Assembly (NCBI GenBank): GCA_002269645.1
Contig: NIVC01003869.1
Coordinates: forward strand, 1 to 64,000
Source: Macrostomum lignano
Taxonomy: Eukaryota
Direction: 5' to 3'
Length of the DNA stretch: 64,000 bases
Shown here: positions 1 through 64,000 of the stretch, piece by piece
Layout of the letters: each line of letters starts with the position of its first letter
Numbering within the stretch: the stretch's first letter is position 1
The notes under the pieces: model-generated
What the model was told of the DNA's origin: nothing
The model's database searches: none
What the model saw: only the letters and a program-made list of their open reading frames with translations
Position numbers and translations under genes: made by a program

Positions 1-479
1 TCCGTCAGTCATCCGCCCCTTCATCCGTCAGTCATCCGCCCCTTCATCCGTCAATCATCCGCCCCTTCATCCGTCCGTCATCCGCCCCTTCATCCGTCAC
101 TCGTCCGCCCCTTCATCCGTCAGTCATCCGCCCCTTCATCCGTCACTCGTCCGCCCCTTCATCCGTCACTCGTCCGCCCTTCATCCGTCAGTCATCCGCC
201 CCTTCATCCGTCAGTCATCCGCCCCTTCATCCGTCAGTCATCCGCCCCTTCATCCGTCCGTCATCCGCCACTTCATCCGTCACTCGTCCGCCCCTTCATC
301 CGTCAGTCATCCGCCCCTTCATCCGTCAGTCATCCGCCCCTTCATCCGTCAGTCATCCGCCCCTTCATCCGTCAGTCATCCGCCCCTTCATCCGTCACTC
401 GTCCGCCCCTTCATCCGTCAATCGTCCGCCCCTTCATCCGTCACTCGTCCGCCCCTTCATCCGTCAGTCATCCGCCCCC
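1..479. repeat. 23-bp minisatellite (TCCGTCAGTCATCCGCCCCTTCA), about 21 copies, intron upstream of the first visible CLASP exon
   Basis: Period 23 read directly (unit restarts at 24). Ends about 35 nt before the acceptor cgcag|AAC at 515/516. Confidence 0.95.
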
Positions 480-515
480 TAATTTTCCATTCCGCCACCA
501 TCTCCATCGCCGCAG

Positions 516-12106
<11,591 letters not shown>

Positions 12107-12240
12107 AAGAAGCTGTTTATATATATATACCTGTGTTTTTCTCTATCTTTTTTGCTTTGGTTTTTTAGGGTTCACTTGCTAATTTATTCTGAAGACATGA
12201 CTCGCTGATTATTGAGTTGGTGACCTATTATCAAGCATTG

Positions 12241-12637
12241 ATGACTCACTGATGACTCACTTGGTTGCTCACTGAATATGACTCACTTAAATCTTTAAAT
12301 GACTCACTTAAATCTTTAAATGAATCACTTAAATCCTTTAATGACTCACTGAGTGCATCGGTGACTCACTTAAATCCTTAAATGACTCACTGAATGCATC
12401 GATGACTCACTTAAATCCTTAAATGACTCACTGAAGGCATCGATGACTCACTTAAATCCTTTAATGACTCACTGAATGCATCGGTGACTCACTTAAATCC
12501 TTAAATGACTCACTGAATGCATCGATGACTCACTTAAATTATTAGATGACTCACTTAAATCCTTAAAAGACTCACTGAATGCATCGATGACTCACTTCAA
12601 TCCTTAAATGACTCACTGAATACATCGATGACTCACT
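12241..12637. repeat. Alternating ~21-bp units (TGACTCACTTAAATCCTTAAA / TGACTCACTGAATGCATCGA) downstream of the CLASP stop
   Basis: About 18 exact TGACTCA heptamers counted by eye. Confidence 0.9.
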
Positions 12638-13574
12638 AAATGCTCTTTGATTCACCATTTAATAAATAATTTCAAATTGATTAATTATCAGAGGCTACAC
12701 TTGCTTATATGATATTTGCATCTGTAAAACTACTATGCGCCTCCCTCATCAGTGCTATTCAAAATATTCTTCATCTATTACTCTAATACTTCATCAAATT
12801 TGCTGACAGAGGTTTCAATAGAATAACAAGTATGAATTCTCAAATCTGTATTTTTTTAATAATTTACTAATCAACTAGTTTATTGTCCCAAACGAAATAT
12901 ATTTAGTTAATATTAGTATACTCTGAATGGTATAAGTATATGGTATTATATGATTAATGTGTTATTTTTCCAACGATATTTATTATTAGTGTGACATTAG
13001 TTATTTTAAAAATAACATAAAAATATATTGCATTTTTATTTCATCTTAAAATTTGTATTGTATAGTATTGGTGTGGATTAAATGGGGGCCCTGCCGCAAG
13101 CTAGTGAATATCCAAGCATATGATTATGATTAATGATGTAATCTCGTTAATTGTGTTTTATTGGCGTATATATATTTACATATGAAATATGAAATATGGA
13201 ACTTCGGAACAGCACTGACGCACTGCAGACTAAAATATATATGAAATTTATTAATCTACGTGTTGTCTGCCATTTTGTCTGCAATCTGCCAGTATTCTCT
13301 TAATGTTCCTGTTCAAGGCACTGTAAATAGTTTTCTTGATGCGTTTTTTAGCTTCACTTTTCTGCTAATTTATTCTTGCAGTCAGCAAAGAGGCGAGCTA
13401 ATTCATACCCTAAGCACGCTCTCACAGAGTGTACAGCAGCCCAGACTTTCTGACCGTCAGGCGTGTACAGTCTCTGTGCCTTCTGGGGGCTGGGCCTCGT
13501 AGGTGTGAAATTGATCCCCTGATCAATATTCGTGCATATAAGCCGCGCGGATGTATGTGGCCGCGCACGGGACT

Positions 13575-14240
13575 ACAGTGGGGCGCCAGGTACAGAGGGG
13601 GCGCCAATTACAGAGGAGCGGTGGCTACAGAAAGGGCCAAACAGCTACAGGGGGCGCTAGCTACAGAGGGAGGGGGCGCTAGCTACAGGGGGCGCTAGCT
13701 ACAGAGGGAGGGGGCGCTAGCTACAGGGGGCGCTAGCTATAGAGGGCGCCAGCTACAGAGGGCGCCAGCTACAGAGGGCGCCAGCTACAGAGGGCGCCAG
13801 CTACAGAGGGGACGCCAGCTACAGAGGGCGCCAGCTACAGAGGGCGCCAGCTACAGAGGGGACGCCAGCTACAGAGGGAGAAGCGCTAGCTACAGAGGGC
13901 GCCAGCTACAGAGGTTGCCAGCTACAGAGGGGACGCCAGCTACAGAGGGAGGGGCGCTATCTACAGAGGGCGCCAGCTACAGAGGGCGCCAGCTACGAGT
14001 ACAAAGGGGGCGCCAGCTACAGAGGGAGGGGGCGCCAGCTACAGAGAGAGGGGCGCTAGCTACAGAGGGCGCCAGCTACGAGTCCTAAGGGGGCGCTAGC
14101 TAGAGGCGGCGCCAGCTACAGAGGGAGGGGCGCTAGCTACAGAGGGCGCCAGCTACGAGTACTAAGGGGGCGCCATGCAGCTACAGAGGGAGGGGCGCTA
14201 GCTACAGAGGGCGCCAGCTACAGAGGGGGCGCTAGCTACA
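13575..14240. repeat. GC-rich ~16-bp minisatellite GCTACAGAGGGCGCCA
   Basis: Direct reading. Confidence 0.92.
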
Positions 14241-14584
14241 AAGAAGGCGCCAACTTCGGAGAGCGGATCCTGATAGCTCCTTTGCAAGCTACCCAAAATC
14301 TTTTATAATTCTGTAGTCATTATCAGCATCCCGAATCAAACGCAGCATTCGTAAGCTTAGGTTGCAGTTCTGTTGCAACAGTGGGCAGCTGTAAAAAGCA
14401 TCTTAGCATTCAATCCTGCTGACAGGATTCGTCCAGCGCATCTTTATTCGGCATAATTTAGTTTCCAAGTTGGAGTGTTTTGTCAATGTTTGAGTAGCTC
14501 ATACAGCTCTAGTTCACGAACAGAAATTGTAAATCAATAATATTTGTTATAGTTTGATCATCCTGCTGCACGCGATCAGAACGT

Positions 14585-15058
14585 TCAGCCGAGAAACTCC
14601 GAGATTCTCTTTCTGTAGCGGCGCTCGTTTTGGCGCAGCCACTTGGCGAGAGCCTCAGCCGATGTCTCCTCCTCCGGTGGGGGCACCGGCCACGGGCTGC
14701 CGCGTTTTCCTAGAAACTCGGACACTCGCTTTTCTATCGGGCTGGGTCGGTCGGTGTCAACTGGGGGGGGTGCGGTGAAATTAAGGAGTTGATTAGCGAA
14801 TCTAAGCCTGTCTGTGTGTCTGTCTTAGTGTCTGCCTGCCTGTCTCTCTGTGTGTCTGTCTTAGTGTCTGCCTGTCTGTCTGCTTGTCTGTGTCTCTGTC
14901 TGTCTCTCTGTCTTAGTGTCTGCCTGCCTGTCTCTCTGTGTGTCTGTCTGTCTGTCTGTCTGTCTCTCTGTCTTAGTGTCTGCCTACCTGTCTCTGTGTG
15001 TCTGTCTGTCTGTCTTAGTGTCTGCCTGTCTGTCTGTCTGTCTGTCTTAGTGTCTGCC

Positions 15059-15101
<43 letters not shown>

Positions 15102-15376
15102 GTGTGTGTCTGTCTGTCTGTCTGTCTGTCTGTCTTAGTGTCTGCCTGCCTGTCTGTCTGTCTGTCTCTCTGTCTTAGTGTCTGCCTGTCTGTCTGTCTG
15201 CCTGTCTGTCTGTCTGTCTGCCTGCCTGTCTGTCTGGCTGGCTAATCACCCACCCAACAAAGGGTGTAGCACACAGAACCGTCAATAAAGTTCTTATTCG
15301 TCTTACACGGCCTGGGCTCCACAGTCACTGCCGTCATCGCCATCAGCAGCATCAAAGCGAAGCGTGCAGATTTCAT
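14585..15376 (-). CDS. EFLamide/TRH-type neuropeptide precursor, 81 aa (exons 15376-15307 and 14760-14585)
   Basis: Spliced translation: [81 protein letters not shown]. It has a hydrophobic signal peptide, a GTAAGA donor, a ccccag acceptor with matching phase 1, and two dibasic-flanked xSEFLG peptides. A minus-strand AATAAA lies at 14448-14443. Confidence 0.85.
14806..15240. repeat. (TGTC)n-based microsatellite with TTAGTGTCTGCC interruptions, filling the neuropeptide intron
   Basis: Direct reading. Confidence 0.93.
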
Positions 15377-16017
15377 GAGATCTTCCGCTGATATTTCCAA
15401 CAATAACAAACGAAAGAAGATTTTGTTGCTAGAAGACAAGTGGAATCGAAGCAGAGCAATTGTTGCACCTTATATTGACTGAACGAGCCGGCCTTCTCAC
15501 TGGCTGCTCGCCTTAATTGGGCAGGGAAATCTGGCAAAACTTTTTTTCTTGTCCGGCTCCTCTCTCTTTGACACGAGTTCCTGTTTGAGCAGCTGGGTGC
15601 ATCGCTGCCTGTGCTTATAATTTACTGCCTTTGCTGCTGAGAAAATTGTCAATTTGAACGTTTGCAAAACTGTCATGTGTGGGCGATTACAAGGTGGGTG
15701 GGGGGGGGGTGGTAAACCGCGCCGCTGCACGCGCTGCCACAGATAATAAATAAATTTAGCATCTGTGCGCGCTGCTGCCTTGCTTCTTCTAAACTGGGGA
15801 ATTCTGCCGTATGAAGTAAAGTTAGCGTAGAGTTGCTCCATGATCATTGCAAACTGATGCATACACGAGGTCAGGCCGGTTAAATTGAAATCCTGCGAGC
15901 TATTGAAAACTTCGTCATAACCAGAAACAGAATTGCGACATGATCGACTCTGCATACCTCGAACTGCGGCTCTTCTTTCGAGTCTACGGCGTTTTGACTG
16001 CCAAAAATAATACGGTC

Positions 16018-16385
16018 TAACCTAACTGTAACCCTAATCCCAACTCTAATCCCTAATCCCTATCCTTAATCCCTAATCCCCAAATCTACTCTAATCCCTA
16101 ATCATTAATCCCTATCTCGAATACCTAATTCCTAATCCCTATCCCTAATCCATAATCCCTAATTCCTAATCCCTACTGTAATCCCTAATCCGTAATTCCT
16201 AATCCATTATTCCTAATCCCTACTCTAATCCCTAATCCCTAATTCCTAATCCATTATTCCTAATCCCTACTCTAATCTTTAATCCCTAATCCAAGGACTA
16301 CTTAAGTAGACACTATATACGTTACTTACTCGTACATGTAAGTCGTCCTTGCCTTAATCTCTATTCCTAATCCCTAATCCCTAGT
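16018..16385. repeat. Degenerate telomere-like tract (CCCTAA/CCCTAAT)n
   Basis: Mostly 7-bp CCCTAAT units with variants; interstitial position. Confidence 0.85.
16292..16351. mobile_element. 60-bp TIR mini-element (CAAGGACTAC family)
   Basis: Ends CAAGGACTACTTA / TAAGTCGTCCTTG. Flanks ccctaatc / ccttaatc (7/8 match, TSD-like). Confidence 0.7.
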
Positions 16386-17007
16386 TCCACCAGTGAACGA
16401 GCCGAGAGCGAGAGAACCCGAGGCCATGCTCATTTTTCACTGCTCATTCTCATGCGTGAAAAAAGTGATTGGAAATCGATCAGAGTAGTGATTTTTTAAT
16501 ATTTAGCTTGAAATGAGGCAAAAAGCGCAATAGGACGGCAATATTTTTATGACGCCTGATTTTCCACATAACGAGGCATATTTGTGTGCAATTTCTAGAG
16601 ATTCGGTTCATTGGGTAAAAAATTATCGATAAAAAACTAAAAACTTGATTTGTGACACTTTTGCTACTTCCGGGGCTAATTAACCGGGAAATGTTATAAA
16701 TTTTGAACTGAAATGCACGGTGTTCCAGACAGTTAATTTAACAAATTTCTTGAATTTCATAAACAAATCGATGTTTTTTCACGTAAAAAATGCCTTTTTT
16801 GCACCAAAATTCATGAGATTAAGCTGCATACCGCTTTGCATAATTTGCATTTGCACAGAGTTTGCAAGTACGTAAATAGCTTATCAATTATTATCTTGTC
16901 TTATCTTATCAATACTATTATTATATTTGCCCCACAGCCCTGCTGCAATTATCATTTTTATTCAGCAATCAGGGGGGGACAAGGGTCCGGCCGGGTATGC
17001 AATGAAC

Positions 17008-17412
17008 TAAGGACGACTGCTTGCACTGGCAATTGAATTTTAAAATATTTCCAGAATAGAATGTCCATATTCAATAAGCCTGCCATTACACTTCATCTGA
17101 GACTAATTAATTTTTCCCAGTCACAATGACTGAATCAGTTATCTCAGTAGCGGCAGTTTCAGAGGCAGAGAAGAAAAATCAATTAATTTATTTTATTACC
17201 TCTTCACCGCTTGTGACCGCTTGGGGGCTCTTTCATGGACTTCTACTATAGCTGTCAGCCAAGGAGTGCTAAACTAAGCTATCTGGATTTGAAACTAATT
17301 TTGCAATTATCGTTTATATTAATGAGGACTCAGATGTTGCGGAGCATCTAGACAAATTATCAAAACGGTAGTTTCCAGTCCACTATTGCTTAGCACATTT
17401 CAGTAGTCCTTG
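17008..17412. mobile_element. ~405-bp element with ends like the CAAGGACTAC family
   Basis: TAAGGACGACTG at 17008 and CAGTAGTCCTTG ending at 17412. No convincing TSD. Confidence 0.4.
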
Positions 17413-17643
17413 GCATGCGCCGACAATGAGCCCCAGCTGCAACTGGCAGGCACCACCCCCTTCCCCATCCTGCCCTGGGTTGGCCTGACAATGGACAATG
17501 GGTTATTGGCCAGGTGCTTTTAATAATTATCATTTTTCGGCTTCAGTTGGCGATCAGGGATCTAAGAGGAGAGAGAGACTCTATAAAGAGATGGATTTAA
17601 AACTCAGCATCCCCATCTCCAACTCAGCAACAGTCTCCCTGCG

Positions 17644-61681
<44,038 letters not shown>

Positions 61682-61803
61682 TACTAAGCTAACACCTTCA
61701 ACTATGAACTGACCGTTAATAACGCGCACATACTGTTCATATATTGTTCAACAGGCCATTGCTAACCTTCGAGTCACAGAGAGGGTACATGCCAAGGTTG
61801 TTG

Positions 61804-61842
61804 CAAGGACCACTGTAGTACACTGTACTACAGTAGTCCTTG
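61804..61842. mobile_element. 39-bp TIR-only mini-transposon (18-bp stem, 3-nt loop)
   Basis: CAAGGACCACTGTAGTAC-ACT-GTACTACAGTAGTCCTTG. Flanks ggttgttg / ggttgtta (7/8 TSD). Confidence 0.7.
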
Positions 61843-62079
61843 GGTTGTTATACACCCTGCGTGAGCGTGCGTGTGCTCAGACTGAGTAGAGTCCATGCAT
61901 GTTTGTTCGTTTTCTTCTCTCTCTCTTGAGCGTATTTTCTAGAACAGTTGCCTTTTTACCTATCTCCAGCGTACACTTTGGTTTCTTCTTTTTGTTTGTT
62001 GCTTATTTGAGAATATCGAAGACTTTACCAGCGTGTGAGAGCACAACTATTTTATTACCAAAATGGGAAAATAAAAAAG

Positions 62080-62330
62080 CGAGCAATTGGGGAACACGAG
62101 AATTTCCCGCAGGAAGTTTTACCGCCGAGGTTTGCCCGCAGGGTTTTTACAGTCTATAGACAATGCTTGACTAGATTAGAACTAGACTAAACTAGACTAG
62201 ACTAGACATAAACTTGACTAGATTAGAACTAGACTAGATTTCAAATCCGATTGGATTTGACTTGAATTTCCGACAGGAGAAACCCTGAGGGAAAACCTCG
62301 GCGGGAAATTCTCATAGACCCGAGCAATTA
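62080..62330. other. Small foldback-like element with imperfect inverted ends around a CTAGA(CT/TT)AG repeat
   Basis: GAGAATTTCCCGC..CCGCCGAGG (~62098) versus CCTCGGCGGGAAATTCTC (~62297); CGAGCAATT occurs on both sides. Confidence 0.4.
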
Positions 62331-62478
62331 TTGTACTAATAATGCAACTAGTGACAGGTAGCTGCTGTCTGTCTCAGCCACATTCATTTATGCTTTAGAG
62401 AGTGCACATGCCTGACGATTAGAAAGAATCAGGACCGTTGTACACCCTGTGTGAGCGTGTGTATGAGTGTGTGCCTTC

Positions 62479-62909
62479 CTGTTATACAACGCCGAGACCT
62501 GGACGCTGACAGACTCGCTCGAGGCTCAAGTCGACGCGGCGCACGCTGGCCTGCTGCGCGCCGCCTTCAAGATCGGCAACGAGCGAGTCACCAACACGGC
62601 GCTCTATCATCGCGCCGCCCTGGCCCGTCCTAGCGATCTGCTGCGCCGTCGGCGACTCCAGCTGGCAGGCCACGTCATCCGCGCCGAGGCCTACTGTCCG
62701 GAGCCGGTGCAGGAGGTGCTGCTACTTACGTTGCAGGCACCCTACCGGCGGGGACAGGCGAGGACTCGGCGCTACGTCGACTGTCTGCTGGCTGACGCCG
62801 GCGCCCCGGACTCTGCCGGCGGTGCAGCGTTTGTTCGCGCCCAAGCTTCGAAGCGCGCCATCTGACGCTGCTTTTGCGAACTGACAGCGTACTCTGTTGT
62901 TGTTGTTGT
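62479..62909 (+). mobile_element. 5'-truncated RTE-like non-LTR retrotransposon (RT C-terminal region) with (TTG)n tail
   Basis: LLYNAETWTLT...LLRAAF.I...VTN..LY...LRRRRLQLAGHVIR...RRGQARTRRYVD matches the RTE-type RT C-terminus. (TTG)n at 62895-62910; TSD TGTGCCTTC at 62470-62478 and 62910-62918. Confidence 0.85.
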
Positions 62910-63044
62910 TGTGCCTTCGTACAGTATTGGAGCGCTTGTATGTCAGCTCAGGAGTCAGCGAAATGGACAATTATGCAACCATCCTGCAAAATGGTTATTA
63001 TTAAATACCAGAATACCACACAGCTGCCTAACACCACAAATTTG

Positions 63045-63118
63045 GGCTAGGGTTAGGATTAGGGTTAGGGTTAGGGTTAGGTTAGGATTAGGGTTAGGGT
63101 TATGTCTAGGGTTAGGTT
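63045..63118. repeat. Interstitial (TTAGGG)n tract
   Basis: Direct reading, about 12 units with variants. Confidence 0.9.
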
Positions 63119-63142
63119 GGCAGTGAAATATGGTGTACTAGG

Positions 63143-63610
63143 CAAGGACTACTAAAGTAGATGTTAATGAGGCTGGTTTTCGCCGAAAAATACACTACGG
63201 AGATAGGAAGTTTTCATTTTTTCAACACAAAAATTGCTATTGCTTTTGATAGGAGGCAAACATAGAATCTGAACGAAAAGATTCTACGTATGTTCACCTT
63301 TGAATTACATGTTGCGCCTTTCTTATTGCTCTATTGATATTTATAAATCTTTTCGTTCAGAAAATTAGGATTCTATGTTTGCTTTTTAACGATTTTAGGT
63401 AAATGAAATGTATGTTAGAATAAAAAATTGACATGGAGTTCTAATATTCTAAACGAAAAGATTATAAAAATCAATAGAGCTAAAAAATGCACAACATATC
63501 AAAAGATGAACACTGGGTCTCCCCTCTATCAAAAGCAATAACAATCTTTGTGTTGAAAAAATGAAAACTTGCTATCTCCGCAGTGTATTTTTTCTTTAGG
63601 TAGTCCTTTG
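63143..63610. mobile_element. 468-bp non-autonomous TIR element (CAAGGACTAC family) with long subterminal inverted repeats
   Basis: CAAGGACTACTAAAG left and CTTTAGGTAGTCCTTTG right. The inverted block AAAAATACACT.CGGAGATAG.AAGTTTTCATTTTTT is at both ends. Flanks gtactagg / gtactaat (6/8). Confidence 0.75.
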
Positions 63611-64000
63611 GTACTAATTAAGCTACACATTAGTAATAAACATCATAAAAATTCCCAAAAATACACTATAAGGTCAATATCTATGGCACTTAAATGGCGA
63701 CATTGCTCCGTCTCGTTTCTTGAAAACCATTTTAGTAAAATAAGAAAACACTATAACAATTAGCAATATCCGCCCACGCATAGATAGCTCTACCTGGGGG
63801 GGGGGTTGTCGCCTATACTCGAACTGCAGACGGTTCAAGTGAGAAAACAATCACTGGAGAGCAGCAACACAGCCAGTCTACAGACGGGGAAAAAGCAAAT
63901 TTATGCAATTCTATTTCTGCTTGAATTAAAATGCAGAGCTTTTAGGATTTTTCCACAGCATTTATTTCCCAGTTTGATATATTAAGCTTTTTAATTTAAT

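Noticed and set aside
15242-15306. Cys-containing extension ([18 protein letters not shown]) as a lectin-like secreted domain
   Set aside because: It lies after a strong GTAAGA donor whose phase fits the neuropeptide exon 2, so it is read as intron.
15497-15955. 152-aa minus-strand ORF
   Set aside because: No recognisable family, includes a poly-G/C run, and falls in the probable 5' UTR intron of the neuropeptide gene.
16018-16385. True telomere or chromosome end
   Set aside because: Short, degenerate and flanked by genes on both sides; the same applies to 63045-63118.

Overview
Eukaryotic (animal) genomic DNA with GT-AG spliced genes whose introns are mostly filled by intron-specific tandem repeats. 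The style (GC-rich exons, minisatellite-packed introns, TTAGGG-like tracts) resembles the flatworm Macrostomum; this is inference only. All gene models were reconstructed by hand from splice sites and phases. (1) The 3' part of a CLASP gene (+, 516-12106, 5 exons plus a candidate alternative terminal exon). (2) A two-coding-exon neuropeptide precursor absent from the ORF track (-, 15376-14585, 81 aa) yielding VSEFLamide and ISEFLamide, i.e. EFLamide/TRH-type peptides. (3) A 21-exon, 1797-aa TRPM2-like channel (+, 17644-61681) with unusual N-terminal ankyrin repeats and a C-terminal NUDT9-homology domain; that domain is split by a 22.65-kb intron consisting almost entirely of about 537 copies of a 42-bp satellite. 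(4) A disrupted DEG/ENaC-like gene nested antisense in TRPM intron 10. Also present: a family of tiny TIR elements (CAAGGACTAC ends, 8-bp TSDs, one only 39 bp), a truncated RTE LINE and a decayed hAT-like transposase. Several minisatellites consist of canonical transcription-factor motifs (RFX X-box, ETS, CCAAT, AP-1, forkhead). The multi-thousand-aa ORFs are satellite artefacts. No CRISPR array, rRNA or tRNA was recognised.
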